NCBI GenBank assembly: GCA_964016885.1
Contig: OZ024754.1
Location: forward strand, 14,632,001-14,696,000
Origin: Eledone cirrhosa
Taxonomy: Eukaryota
Direction of reading: 5' to 3'
DNA: 64,000 nucleotides
In this document: positions 41,565 through 56,995 of the stretch, piece by piece
Position numbering within the stretch: the first letter of the stretch is position 1
Layout of the letters: every line of letters begins with the position of its first letter
The notes under the pieces: model-generated
Database searches by the model: none
What the model was told of the DNA's origin: nothing
What the model saw: only the letters and a program-made list of their open reading frames with translations
Translations under genes and position numbers: made by a program

Positions 41565-41568
<4 letters not shown>
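41337..41568. mobile_element. Family A fold-back element
   Basis: Inverted arms; pivot contains repeated GAATTCTGGTCCAGAATTAGCCGTC. Confidence 0.85.
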
Positions 41569-41652
<84 letters not shown>

Positions 41653-41837
41653 CGTCTTGAAGCAATAGGCTTCGAATCCCATAAGAGGCTTGGTACTCAT
41701 TGTTTGTCTCTTTCTGAGGATAGATATTTCCCAACAGGATGCCCTACCTGGCACCAACCATTTTCGGTATCCCTTACACGACGCAAGATATACTCAGTAC
41801 GCACACATACAGACTTGCCTCTCACATGAATACGCAG

Positions 41838-41868
<31 letters not shown>

Positions 41869-41881
41869 TATATATATATAT

Positions 41882-41917
<36 letters not shown>

Positions 41918-42037
41918 GGGAGAGAGAGATGCACATATAAATACAAATGCACAAACATATATAAATAAATATGTACATGCATACCTATATATATTTATTT
42001 ATTGTATATTCTTCACATACATTTATACATAATAATA

Positions 42038-42314
<277 letters not shown>

Positions 42315-42360
42315 TATGGAATACTGTTAGCTTCTCGCTACAACAATTTCTATACTTTTC

Positions 42361-42409
<49 letters not shown>

Positions 42410-42938
42410 ACCACTCTGTCGAGAGCTTCATTCGATTTGTGATATTTTGCATTTTCGCAATATTATACACAGATGAATTCATTCGCCTAATTTAGGTGTT
42501 GCCTCCCTTGCTGAACCCCACGTGGGGTCAGTTACAGACACATCTATGTGGTCTTTAGAACTGAATCCCGTTGATAACGCGTACTCCTAGTTCAGTCAGG
42601 ATACGAGAAACTTAACATCCTTTATGTAAGTGGACAGTAAATGACTTACGGAGCCGCAGAAACCCCAACACTGGACTTTACCATCATTTCAGGGGTCCGG
42701 TGAGTATAAAACATTTATGCTTTCATATATTTTTATATCTGTATATCTGTTTGACCCGAAATAGGAGATCGAATCTTCGCTGTGTGGATAATTAGTTTAA
42801 CCACCATCTCAGTGTGTTGTACAACGTAAGTTGTAAGCTCTAATTCTTTTGAATTATTGAGCGCTTGCCTCACAATTCGAAAGTTTTTTTTCGTTATTTC
42901 ATAGGCTGAAATTCGATTCTCGCTAATTTTTACTTGTA

Positions 42939-42968
<30 letters not shown>

Positions 42969-42969
<1 letters not shown>

Positions 42970-43418
42970 GGTGGCTGCCAACTCGTTTTTGAGTACGGCC
43001 ACTACTTTATATCCATACCGATGCGCTGAACGAATGTGACTTTTTAGTCCAGCCAGCGACTTGAAAACTCTGGTACAAAGACTACACTTGTGACCATTAT
43101 TGACACATAGTGCAGGGCCCATGGTACCATGTGATGACAAGTGCAGAGAGATCTCCAGATATAAAGCAATGCTTGTGCTGTGAAGCTTTTATAGTGAGCA
43201 AAGGCACTGCACAAAGCCAATCCCACTCTCTTAACCAAGATGATATTTACCAAAAAGAAGAAGGGCAAGGGAGCTCTTAAGAGTCAATAGCCATCCAAAA
43301 TCACCGGGAGAGATGACCCCTTAGCCTTTGTCAAGACAGAATTCTAGGAGAAGGAAAACTCTGATATAACACCTGCAACCCTGATGGTATCCAATGATGT
43401 TGACTTGTTCTTCTTTTT

Positions 43419-43425
<7 letters not shown>
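42969..43425. mobile_element. RTE-derived element with inverted 5' part
   Basis: 42969-43262 matches 261-569; 43261-43425 is the reverse complement of about 552-716. Confidence 0.75.
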
Positions 43426-43476
<51 letters not shown>

Positions 43477-43570
43477 GAGGTTATATTTAATTTGTTGGGA
43501 TTCAACAAGCTTAACATTTTTTTATAACTGATATAAAGCACTCAACAAGGTAGTGGAGTAAATACATGAT

Positions 43571-43890
43571 ATATTAATAAATGGAAACTATATTTATAAA
43601 ACCATATTTATTTTATTATATATATTTCAAGAGCGACCAAGGTAAATTATGGTGCGCTTTCATCAGATAAAATACAGATTTGTTTCATAAATTAATATTG
43701 ACATACCCAGAATTCCAGCGAATTTCAACCGTTGAGGTTGTCTTTTTTCTGGGTATGTCAATAACTATTTATTAAACAAATCTGTATTTTACCTGATGAA
43801 AGCGCACCATAACTTACCTTGGTCGCCCTTGAAATATATTTAATAAAATAATTATGGTTTTATAAATATAGTTTCCATTTATTAATATAT
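43571..43890. mobile_element. Palindromic element with HHRs at 43609-43674 (-) and 43785-43850 (+)
   Basis: TATTTTAT-CTGATGA-AAGCG C ACCA..TGGT CGCT CTT-GAAA-TATATA-TA-ATAAAATA. Confidence 0.85.
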
Positions 43891-44062
43891 TGTATATATA
43901 TATATTTATATATACATTTATTTATTTTATATTCTTAACACATACATATATACATAATTATATGCATATATATATATGTATATATATGTATACATATATT
44001 TATACATATATACATATTATTATGTATATATGTATATGTTAAGAATATACAATAAATAAATG

Positions 44063-44712
<650 letters not shown>

Positions 44713-44968
44713 ATATATATATATATGTGTGTGTGTGTGTATATATATATCTACACCCACCACACACACATACAACCACATATATATATATCCATCTGTG
44801 TATATGTGTGTGTGTGGAGTGGGGGGGGGGGGGTGTTATAACCATTCTGTTTTTCCTGGAAGCAATCTGAAGATATGGCAGTGTAAGAATGCAGTCAGAA
44901 TTTCTAGAGGAATGCCTGGTTGCTAGGAGAGCGTAAACCGCACTGTTTGTGGGTATATACCGCTAAGA

Positions 44969-47900
44969 TGGTGTGGTGGCGTGGTGGTGTGGTGGTGTGA
45001 TAGTTTGGTGGTGTGGTGGTGTGATGGTATGGTGGTGTGGTGGTGTGATGGTGTGGTGGTGTGGTGGTTTGGTGGTGTGGTGGTGTGGTACTGTGATGGT
45101 GTGGTGGCGTGGTGGTGTGGTGGTTTGATGGTTAGGTGGATTGGTGGTATGATGGTTTGGTGGTGTGGTGGTGTGATGGTGTGGTGGTGTGGTGGTGTGG
45201 TGGTATGGTGGTGTGGTGGTTTGGTGGTGTGGTGGTATGGTGGTTTGGTGGTGTGGTGGTGTGATGGTGTGATGATGTGGTGGTTTGGTGGTGTGGTGGT
45301 GTGATGGTGTGGTGGTGTGATGGTGTGGTGGTGTGGTGCTGTGGTGGTGTGGTGGTGTGGTGGTGTTGTGGTGTGATGGTGTGGTGGTGTGATGGTGTAT
45401 GGTATGGTGGTGTTCGTGGTGTGATGGTTTGGTGGTGTGATGGTGTGATGGTATGGTGGTGTGCTGGTGTGATGGTGTTGTGGTGTGGTGGTATGGTGGT
45501 TTGGTGGTGTGGTGGTGTGATGGTGTGGTGGTGTGGTGCTGTGATGGTGTGGTGGTGTGATGGTGTGATGATGTGGTGGTTTGGTGGTGTGATGGTGTGA
45601 TGGTGTGGTGGTGTGATGGTGTGTTGGTGTGGTGCTGTGATGGTGTGGTGGTGTGATGGTGTGAGGGTGTTGTGCTGTGGTGGTTTGGTGGAGTGGTGGT
45701 GTGGTGGTGTGGTGGTGTGATGGTGTGGTGGTTTGGTGGTGTGCTGGTATGGTGGTTTGGTGGTGTGCTGGTGTGATGGTGTGATGGTGTGGTGGTTTGG
45801 TGGTGTGGTGGTGTGATGGTGTGGTGGTGTGGTGCTGTGGTGGTGTGGTGGTGTGGTGTTGTGGTGGTGTGATGGTATGGTGGTGTGATGGTGTGGTGGT
45901 GTGATGGTGTGAGGGTGTTGTGCTGTGGTGGTTTGGTGGAGTGGTGGTGTGGTGGTGTGGTTGTGTGGTGGTGTGGTGGTGTGGTGGTGTGGTGATATGG
46001 TGTTGTGATGGGGTGGTGGTGTGGTGGTGTGGTGGTGTGTTGGTATGGTGTTGAGATGGTGTGGTGGTGTGATGGTGTGGTGGTGTGATGGTGTTAGGGT
46101 GTGGTGCTTTGGTGGTTTGGTGGTGTGGTGGTGTGGTGGTGTGATGGTGTGGTGGTTTGGTGGTGTGGTGGTGTGATGGTGTGGTGGTATGATGGTTTGG
46201 TGGTGTGATGGTGTGTTGGTGTGGTGGTGTGGTGGTGTGGTGGTGTGATGGTATGGTGGTGTGGTGGTGTGATGGTATGGTGGTGTGGTGGTGTGATGGT
46301 GTGGTGGTGTGGTGGTTTGGTGGTGTGGTGGTGTGGTACTGTGATGGTGTGGTGGCGTGGTGGTGTGGTGGTTTGATGGTTAGGTGGATTGGTGGTATGA
46401 TGGTTTGGTGGTGTGGTGGTGTGATGGTGTGGTGGTGTGGTGGTGTGGTGGTATGGTGGTGTGGTGGTTTGGTGGTGTGGTGGTATGGTGGTTTGGTGGT
46501 GTGGTGGTGTGATGGTGTGATGATGTGGTGGTTTGGTGGTGTGGTGGTGTGATGGTGTGGTGGTGTGATGGTGTGGTGGTGTGGTGCTGTGGTGGTGTGG
46601 TGGTGTGGTGGTGTTGTGGTGTGATGGTGTGGTGGTGTGATGGTGTATGGTATGGTGGTGTTCGTGGTGTGATGGTTTGGTGGTGTGATGGTGTGATGGT
46701 ATGGTGGTGTGCTGGTGTGATGGTGTTGTGGTGTGGTGGTATGGTGGTTTGGTGGTGTGGTGGTGTGATGGTGTGGTGGTGTGGTGCTGTGATGGTGTGG
46801 TGGTGTGGTGCTGTGATGGTGTGGTGGTGTGATGGTGTGAGGGTGTTGTGCTGTGGTGGTTTGGTGGAGTGGTGGTGTGGTGGTGTGGTGGTGTGATGGT
46901 GTGGTGGTTTGGTGGTGTGCTGGTATGGTGGTTTGGTGGTGTGCTGGTGTGATGGTGTGATGGTGTGATGGTATGGTGGTGTGGTGGTGTGATGGTGTGG
47001 TGGTGTGGTGGTTTGGTGGTGTGGTGGTGTGGTACTGTGATGGTGTGGTGGCGTGGTGGTGTGGTGGTTTGATGGTTAGGTGGATTGGTGGTATGATGGT
47101 TTGGTGGTGTGGTGGTGTGATGGTGTGGTGGTGTGGTGGTGTGGTGGTATGGTGGTGTGGTGGTTTGGTGGTGTGGTGGTATGGTGGTTTGGTGGTGTGG
47201 TGGTGTGATGGTGTGATGATGTGGTGGTTTGGTGGTGTGGTGGTGTGATGGTGTGGTGGTGTGATGGTGTGGTGGTGTGGTGCTGTGGTGGTGTGGTGGT
47301 GTGGTGGTGTTGTGGTGTGATGGTGTGGTGGTGTGATGGTGTATGGTATGGTGGTGTTCGTGGTGTGATGGTTTGGTGGTGTGATGGTGTGATGGTATGG
47401 TGGTGTGCTGGTGTGATGGTGTTGTGGTGTGGTGGTATGGTGGTTTGGTGGTGTGGTGGTGTGATGGTGTGGTGGTGTGGTGCTGTGATGGTGTGGTGGT
47501 GTGATGGTGTGATGATGTGGTGGTTTGGTGGTGTGATGGTGTGATGGTGTGGTGGTGTGATGGTGTGGTGGTGTGGTGCTGTGATGGTGTGGTGGTGTGA
47601 TGGTGTGAGGGTGTTGTGCTGTGGTGGTTTGGTGGAGTGGTGGTGTGGTGGTGTGGTGGTGTGATGGTGTGGTGGTTTGGTGGTGTGCTGGTATGGTGGT
47701 TTGGTGGTGTGCTGGTGTGATGGTGTGATGGTGTGGTGGTTTGGTGGTGTGGTGGTGTGATGGTGTGGTGGTGTGGTGCTGTGGTGGTGTGGTGGTGTGG
47801 TGTTGTGGTGGTGTGATGGTATGGTGGTGTGATGGTGTGGTGGTGTGATGGTGTGAGGGTGTTGTGCTGTGGTGGTTTGGTGGAGTGGTGGTGTGGTGGT

Positions 47901-50900
47901 GTGGTTGTGTGGTGGTGTGGTGGTGTGGTGGTGTGGGGATATGGTGTTGTGATGGGGTGGTGGTGTGGTGGTGTGGAGGTGTGTTGGTATGGTGTTGAGA
48001 TGGTGTGGTGGTGTGATGGTGTGGTGGTGTGATGGTGTTAGGGTGTGGTGCTTTGGTGGTTTGGTGGTGTGGTGGTGTGGTGGTGTGATGGTGTGGTGGT
48101 TTGGTGGTGTGGTGGTGTGATGGTGTGGTGGTGTGATGGTTTGGTGGTGTGATGGTGTGTTCGTGTGGTGGTGTGGTGGTGTGGTGGTGTGATGGTATGG
48201 TGGTGTGGTGGTGTGATGGTATGGTGGTGTGGTGGTGTGATGGTGTGGTGGTGTGGTGGTTTGGTGGTGTGGTGGTGTGGTACTGTGATGGTGTGGTGGC
48301 GTGGTGGTGTGGTGGTTTGATGGTTAGGTGGATTGGTGGTATGATGGTTTGGTGGTGTGGTGGTGTGATGGTGTGGTGGTGTGGTGGTGTGGTGGTATGG
48401 TGGTGTGGTGGTTTGGTGGTGTGGTGGTATGGTGGTTTGGTGGTGTGGTGGTGTGATGGTGTGGTGGTGTGGTGCTGTGATGATGTGGTGGTTTGGTGGT
48501 GTGGTGGTGTGATGGTGTGGTGGAGTGATGGTGTGGTGGTGTGGTGCTGTGGTGGTGTGGTGGTGTGGTGGTGTGGTGGTGTGATGGTGTGGTGGTGTGA
48601 TGGTGTATGGTATGGTGGTGTTCGTGGTGTGATGGTTTGGTGGTGTGATGGTGTGATGGTATGGTGGTGTGCTGGTGTGATGGTGTTGTGGTGTGGTGGT
48701 ATGGTGGTTTGGTGGTGTGGTGGTGTGATGGTGTGGTGGTGTGGTGCTGTGATGGTGTGGTGGTGTGGTGCTGTGATGGTGTGGTGGTGTGATGGTGTGA
48801 GGGTGTTGTGCTGTGGTGGTTTGGTGGAGTGGTGGTGTGGTGGTGTGGTGGTGTGGTGGTTTGGTGGTGTGCTGGTATGGTGGTTTGGTGGTGTGCTGGT
48901 GTGCTGGTGTGATGGTGTGGTGGTTTGGTAGTGTGGTGGTGTGATGGTGTGGTGGTGTGGTGCTGTGGTGGTGTGGTGGTGTGGTGTTGTGGTGGTGTGA
49001 TGGTATGGTGGTGTGATGGTGTGGTGGTGTGATGGTGTGAGGGTGTTGTGCTGTGGTGGTTTGTGGAGAGGTGGTGTGGTGGTGTGGTTGTGTGGTGGTG
49101 TGGTGGTGTGGGGATATGGTGTTGTGATGGGGTGGTGGTGTGGTGGTGTGGTGGTGTGGTGTAGAGGTGTAGTGGTGTGGTGGCATGGTGGTGTGGTGTA
49201 GAGGTGTAGTGGTGTGGTGGCGTGGTGGTGTGGTGTAGAGGTGTAGTGGTGTGGTGGCATGGTGGTGTGGTGTAGAGGTGTAGTGGTGTGGTGGTGTGGT
49301 GTAGAGGTGTAGAGGTGTAGAGGTGTAGTGGTGTGGTGGTGTGGTGTAGAGGTGTAGTGGTGTGGTGTTGTGGTGTAGAGGTGTAGTGGTGTGGTGGTGT
49401 GGTGGTGTGATGTAGAGGTGTAGTGGTGTGGTGGCATGGTGGTGTGGTGTAGAGGTGTAGTGGTGTGGTGGCGTGGTGGTGTGATGTAGAGGTGTAGTGG
49501 TGTGGTGGCATGGTGGTGTGGTGTAGAGGTGTAGTGGTGTGGTGGCGTGGTGGTGTGGTGTGGTGTAGAGGTGTAGTGGTGTGGTGGTGTGGTGTAGTGG
49601 TGTAGTGGTGTGGTGGTGTGGTGTAGAGGTGTAGTGGTTGGGTGGTGTGGTGTAGAGGTGTAGTGGTGTGGTGGTGTGGTGGTGTGGTGTAGTGGTGTGG
49701 TGGTGTGGTGGTGTGGTGGTGTGGTGTAGAGGTGTAGTGGTGTGGTGGTGTGGTGGTGTGGTGGTGTGGTGGTGTGGTGTAGAGGTGTAGTGGTGTGGTG
49801 GTGTGGTGGTGTGGTGTAGAGGTGTAGTGGTGTGGTGGTGTGGTGTACAGGTGTAGTGGTTGGGTGGTGTGGTGTAGAGGTGTAGTGGTGTGGTGGTGTG
49901 GTGGTGTGGTGTAGTGGTGTGGTGGTGTGGTGGTGTGGTGTAGAGGTGTAGAGGTGTAGTGGTGTGGTGGTGTGTGTAGAGGTGTAGTGGTGTGGTGGTG
50001 TGGTGTAGAAGTGTAGTGGTGTGGTGGTGTGGTGTAGAGGTGTAGTGGTGTGGTGGTGTGGTGTAGAGGTGTAGTGGTGTGGTGGTGTGGTGTAGAAGTG
50101 TAGTGGTGTGGTGGTGTGGTGTAGAGGTGTAGAGGTGTAGTGGTGTGGTGTAGAGGTGTAGAGGTGTAGAGGTGTAGAGGTGTAGTGGTGTGGTGGTGTG
50201 GTGTAGAGGTGTAGAGGTGTAGTGGTGTGGTGTAGAGGTGTAGAGGTGTAGAGGTGTAGAGGTGTAGTGGTGTGGTGGTGTGGTGTAGAGGTGTAGTGGT
50301 GTGGTGGTGTGGTGTAGAGGTGTAGAGGTGTGGTGTAGAGGTGTAGTGGTGTGGTGGTGTGGTGTAGAGGTGTAGTGGTGTGGTGGTGTGGTGTAGAGGT
50401 GTAGTGGTGTGGTGGTGTGGTGTAGAGGTGTAGTGGTGTGCTGGTGTGGTGTAGTGGTGTAGTGGTGTGGTGGTGTGGTGGTGTGGTGTAGAGGTGTAGT
50501 GGTGTGGTGGTGTGGTGTAGAGGTGTAGTGGTGTGGTGGTGTGGTGGCTTGGTGTAGAGGTGTAGTGGTGTGGTGGTGTGGTGTAAAGGTGTAGTGGTGT
50601 GGTGGTGTGGTGGTGTGGTGGTGTGGTGTAGAGGTGTAGTGGTGTGGTGGTGTGGTGTAGTGGTGTGGTGGTGTGGTGTAGAGGTGTAGTGGTGTGGTGG
50701 TGTGGTGGTGTGGTGTAGAGGTGTGGTGGTGTGGTGTAGAGGTGTAGTGGTGTGGTGGTGTGGTGTAGTGGTGTGGTGGTGTGGTGTAGAGGTGTAGTGG
50801 TGTGGTGGTGTGGTGTAGAGGTGTAGTGGTGTGTTGGCGTGGTGTAGAGGTGTAGTGGTGTGGTGGTGTGGTGGTGTGGTGTAGTGGTGTGGTGGTGTGG

Positions 50901-52086
50901 TGTAGAGGTGTAGTGGTGTGGTGGTGTGGTGTAGAGGTGTAGTGGTGTGGTGGTGTGGTGTAGATGTGTAGTGGTGTGGTGGTGTGGTGTAGAGGTGTAG
51001 TGGTGTGGTGGTGTGGTGGTGTGGTGTAGTGGTGTGGTGGTGTGGTGTAGAGGTGTAGTGGTGTGGTGGTGTGGTGTAGAGGTGTAGTGGTGTGGTGGTG
51101 TGGTGTAGAGGTGTAGTGGTGTAGTGGTGTGGTGGTGTGGTGTAGAGGTGTAGTGGTGTGGTGGTGTGGTGTAGAGGTGTAGTGGTGTGGTGGTGTGGTG
51201 TAGAGGTGTAGTAGTGTGGTGTAGAGGTGTAGTGGTGTGGTGGTGTGGTGTAGTGGTGTAGTGGTGTGGTGGTGTGGTGTAGAGGTGTAGTGGTGTGGTG
51301 TAGAGGTGTAGTGGTGTGGTGGTGTGGTGTAGTGGTGTAGTGGTGTGGTGTAGTGGTGTGGTGGTGTGGTGTAGAGGTGTAGTGGTGTGGTGGTGTGGTG
51401 TAGAGGTGTGGTGGTGTGGTGTAGAGGTGTAGTGGTGTGGTGGTGTGGTGTAGAGGTGTAGTCGTGTGGTGGTGTGGTGTAGAGGTGTGGTGGTGTGGTG
51501 GTGTGGTGTAGTGGTGTGGTGGTGTGGTGTAGAGGTGTGGTGGTGTGGTGTAGAGGTGTAGTGGTGTGGTGGTGTGGTGTGGAGGTGTAGTCGTGTGGTG
51601 GTGTGGTGTAGAGGTGTGGTGGTGTGGTGTAGTGGTGTGGTGGTGTGGTGTAGAGGTGTAGTGGTGTGCTGGTGTGGTGTAGAGGTGTAGTGGTGTGGAG
51701 GTGTAGTCGTGTGGTGGTGTGGTGTAGAGGTGTGGTGGTGTGGTGTAGTGGTGTGGTGGTGTGGTGGTGTGGTGTAGAGGTGTAGTGGTGTGGTGGTGTG
51801 GTGTAGAGGTGTAGTGGTGTGGTGGTGTGGTGTAGAGGTGTAGTCGTGTGGTGGTGTGGTGTAGAGGTGTAGTGGTGTGCTGGTGTGGTGTAGTGGTGTA
51901 GTGGTGTGGTGGTGTGGTGTAGAGGTGTAGTGGTGTGGAGGTGTAGTCGTGTGGTGGTGTGGTGTAGAGGTGTGGTGGTGTGGTGTAGTGGTGTGGTGGT
52001 GTGGTGGTGTGGAGGTGTAGTGGTGTGCTGGTGTGGTGTAGTGGTGTAGTGGTGTGGTGGTGTAGTGGTGTGGTGGTGTGGTGGTG
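44969..52086. repeat. 7.1-kb GT-rich satellite: 8-mer (GGTGTGGT/GGTGTGAT) block with higher-order repeats to about 49150, then a 29-mer block (GGTGTAGAGGTGTAGTGGTGTGGTGGTGT)
   Basis: Read directly; marker GGTTAGGTGGATTGG at 45130, 46378, 47074, 48322. Confidence 0.95.
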
Positions 52087-52111
52087 CGATTGTGAATTTT
52101 CACTGGTAATA

Positions 52112-52300
52112 ATAATTGTTTCTACTTTAGGCACAAGGCCAGCAAATAACTAGTGCATTACTGGTACTTTATTTTATCGACCCCGTAAGGATGAAAGGCA
52201 AAGTCAACCTCGGCGGGATTTGAACTCAGACCGTAAAGGGACGTAACTATGCTGGAAAGCATGGCGTCCGACCCTCTACCGATACTGCCAATCCACCAAC
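52112..52300 (-). mobile_element. tRNA-derived SINE
   Basis: Full-length body; CACTGGTAATAATAAT occurs on both sides (52101 and 52321), consistent with a target-site duplication. Confidence 0.9.
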
Positions 52301-52377
52301 CTTGCCAATCCACCAACCTTCACTGGTAATAATAATGATGTTTATTAGCCACACAGAGCTGACACGAAGAACCTATT

Positions 52378-55161
52378 AATGGTACCACAACACCACCAAC
52401 ACACCACCATACAATGGTACCACGACACCACCAACACACCACCATACAATGGTACCACAACACCACCAACACACCACCTTACAATGGTACCACAACACCA
52501 CCAACACACCACCTTACAATGGTACCACAACACCACCAACACACCACCTTACAATGGTACCACAACACCACCAACACACCACCATACAATGGTACCACAA
52601 CACCACCAACACACCACCATACAATGGTACCACAACACCACCAACACACCACCATACAATGATGCCACAACCCCACCAACACACCACCATACAATGGTGC
52701 CACAACACCACCAACACACCACCATACAATGGTGCCACAACACCACCATACAATGGTACCACAACACCACCAACACACCACCATACAATGGTACCACAAC
52801 ACAACCATACAATGGTACCACAACACCACCAACACACCACCATACAATGGTACCACAACACCACCAACACACCACCATATAATGGTACCACAACACCACC
52901 AACACACCACCATACAATGGTACCACAACACCACCAACACACCACCATACAATGGTACCACAACCTCACCAACACACCACCATACAATGGTACCACAACA
53001 CCACCAACACACCACCATACAATGGTACCACAACACCACCAACACACCACCATACAATGGTACCACAACACCACCAACACACCACCTTACAATGGTACCA
53101 CAACACCACCAACACACCACCTTACAATGGTACCACAACACCACCAACACACCACCTTACAATGGTACCACAACACCACCAACACACCACCTTACAATGG
53201 TACCACAACACCACCAACACACCACCATACAATGGTACCACAACACCACAAACACACCACCATACAATGGTACCACAACACCACCAACACACCACCATAC
53301 AATGGTACTACAACACCACCAACACACCACCATACAATGGTACCACAACACCACCAACACACCACCATACAATGGTACCACAACACCACCAACACACCAC
53401 CATACAATGGTACCACAACACCACCAACACACCACCTTACAATGGTACCACAACACCACCAACACACCACCATACAATGGTACCACAACACCACCAACAC
53501 ACCACCTTACAATTGTACCACAACCCCACCAACACACCACCATACAATGGTACCACAACACCACCAACACACCACCATACAATGGTACCACAACCCCACC
53601 AACACACCACCATACAATGGTACCACAACACCACCAACACACCACCTTACAATGGTACCACAACACCACCAACACACCACCATACAATGGTACCACAACA
53701 CCACCAACACACCACCATACAATGGTACCACAACACCACCAACACACCACCATGCAATGGTACCACAACACCACCAACACACCACCATACAATGGTACCA
53801 CAACACCACCAACACACCACCATACAATGTTGCCACAACACCACCAACACACCACCATACAATGGTACCACAACACCACCAACACACCACCATACAATGG
53901 TACCACAACAGCATCAACACACCACCATACAATGGTACCACAACACCACCATACAATGGTACCACAACACCACCAACACACCACCATACAATGGTACCAC
54001 AACACCACCAACACACCACCATACAATGGTACCACAACACCACCAACACACCACCATACAATGGTACCACAACACCACCAACACATCACCATACAATGGT
54101 ACCACAACACCACCAACACACCACCATACAATGGTGCCACAACACCACCAACACACCACCATACAATGGTACCACAACACCACCAACACACCACCATACA
54201 ATGGTACCACAACACCACCAACACATCACCATACAATGGTACCACAACACCACCAACACACCACCATACAATGGTGCCACAACACCACCAACACACCACC
54301 ATACAATGGTACCACAACACCACCAACACACCACCATACAATGGTACCACAACACCACCAACACACCACCATACAATGGTGCCACAACACCACCAACACA
54401 CCACCATACAATGGTACCACAACACCAGCAACACACCACCATACAATGGTACCACAACACCACCAACACATCACCATACAATGGTACCACAACATCACCA
54501 ACACACCACCATACAATGGTACCACGACACCACCAACACACCACCATACAATGGTACCGCAACACCACCAACACACCACCATACAATGGTTCCACAACAC
54601 CACCAACACACCACCATACAATGATGCCACAACCCCACAAACACACCACCATACAATGGTGACACAACACCACCACACAATGGTGCCACAACACCACCAA
54701 CACACCACCATACTATGGTACCACAACACCACCAACACACCACCATACAATGGTACCACAACACCACCAACACACCACCATACAATGGTGCCACAACACC
54801 ACCAACACACCACCATACAATGGTGCCACAACACCACCAACACACCACCATACAATGGTACCACAACACCACCAACACACCACCATACAATGGTACCACA
54901 ACACCACCAACACACCACCATACAATCGTGACACAACACCACCAACACACCACCATACAATGGTGACACAACACCACCACACAATGGTACCACAACACCA
55001 CCAACACACCACCATACAATGGTACCACCACACCACCAACACACCACCATACAATGGTACCACAACACCACCAACACACCACCATACAATGGTGCCACAA
55101 CACCACCAACACACCACCATACAATGGTACCACAACACCACCAACACACCACCATACAATG
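52378..55161. repeat. 35-bp minisatellite (ATGGTACCACAACACCACCAACACACCACCATACA), about 80 copies
   Basis: Read directly. Confidence 0.95.
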
Positions 55162-55251
55162 GGCTTTCGTGTGAATTTCAAACAAAAGTATCTTCCATTT
55201 AAAAAAGCCACGATCACCTTGACCAATCTGTAGTAAAGGAGGAGGAGAGGG

Positions 55252-55357
55252 TGAAGAAGAAGAAGAAGAAGAAGAAGAAGAAGAAGAAGAAGAAGAAGAA
55301 GAAGAAGAAGAAGAAGAAGAAGAAGAAGAAGAAGAAGAAGAAGAAGAAGAAGAAGAA
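55252..55357. repeat. (GAA)n microsatellite
   Basis: Read directly. Confidence 0.95.
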
Positions 55358-55429
55358 GGTAACAATGATGTTACCTGAAAGAAAGCCGAAACTATTTTTT
55401 TTTGTTAGTAAATAAGAAGCAGAAAGAAA

Positions 55430-55908
55430 AGGTATTAAACTCAGGACCGACGTACAGGGTCATAACTCTATCCTGCAAAGCATGGCGTCTGTTACACAAC
55501 TGATATTACCAATGCACTGCCAATAGTAATAGTTGTTTCTACTTTTGGCACAAGGCCACCAATGACCCCAGTGTATTACTGGTACTTTATTTTATCGACC
55601 CCGTAAGTATGAAAGGTAAAGTTAACCTCGGCTGGATTTGAACTCAGAACGTAAAGGGCCATAACTCTATGCCGTAAAGCATGGTATCTGACGCTCTACC
55701 GATACTACCAATCCACTGCCAATAATAATAATTGTTTCTACTTTTGGCACAAGGCCAGCAATTAACCCAATGCATTACTGGTACTTTATTTTATCGACCC
55801 CGTAAGCATAAAAGGCAAAGTTAACCCTCGGTTGGATTTGAACTCAGAACGTAAAGGGCCATAACTCTATGCCGCAAAGCATGGCGTCTGTGGCTCAACC
55901 GATACTGC
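55430..55908 (-). mobile_element. Tandem tRNA-SINE copies
   Basis: Same SINE body repeated. Confidence 0.85.
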
Positions 55909-56221
55909 ATAGCGAAAGATTTGCTCGAGGTGAAGGTGTTAATAAAACCAAGACGGTATATATTTCCATGCGTATGTGATGAAAGATCTAGAAAGTGATC
56001 TGCTTGTACACACTGTTGAGCTTCTAGCTACTAGAGATTGCACGCACCGTTTAATGGCACCCGGTATACTTACATGTAATGTCTTCAATGAGGCAATCAC
56101 CCTGTCTTAATTATCATCACCTTACTGCTTGTTATTTTTAAGATATGTATATGCACATGCATATATATATATATATATATATATGTGTATGCGCGCACAT
56201 GTGTATCTATATGCATACAAA

Positions 56222-56258
<37 letters not shown>

Positions 56259-56380
56259 CACAACATACACATATATATATATGTATGTATATACATATAT
56301 ATACATGTATATATGCACATACACAAGCATATATATATATATATACACATACACACATACACAAGCATATATATATATAT

Positions 56381-56420
<40 letters not shown>

Positions 56421-56520
56421 ATGCATACATATTTTCATATATGTATACATAAATATATGTATGTATGTACATGTATGTATGTGTATATATATATATATAT
56501 ATATATGCTTGTGTGTGTGC

Positions 56521-56573
<53 letters not shown>

Positions 56574-56703
56574 AATGTGAATATTCACACGCAACTATTT
56601 TTATTTTTATACCTTGTCCCATATACTATATTTATTTCGTTGTTTTTTTCAAACTATCAATATCATATATATATATATGTATGTGTGTGAGTGTGTGTGT
56701 ATG

Positions 56704-56738
<35 letters not shown>

Positions 56739-56995
56739 GTATGTCTGTGTATGTATGTGTGTGTGTGTGGGGGGGGGGGTAGTTCTACGTCAGGTGAAAT
56801 ACAATCAATTCATGAAAAACAACAACGTACCGAACAAACCTTTTAGCTGCGAATTCTTGAACGTCATTCTAGTTGGAGAGCGGCATTTTGTGCAGAATCA
56901 AGCATCGCCATTTCTCACTGTAATATCTTTTAATCAGTTGTGCAAGATAAACCAAAATCCATTAAAAGAAAGACTAAAATCTATAATTTATATTA

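Noticed and set aside
44969-52086. Telomeric repeat
   Set aside because: No (TTAGGG)n or (TTAGG)n array; only isolated TTAGG words
44923-52134. 2403-aa and 1259-aa His/Thr/Pro-rich ORFs
   Set aside because: Translations of the GT satellite; the longer one starts in a SINE tail; several frames are open because the composition lacks stops
52379-55202. Long repetitive ORFs and CRISPR-like 35-bp periodicity
   Set aside because: Contiguous minisatellite with no unique spacers, no cas genes, eukaryotic context
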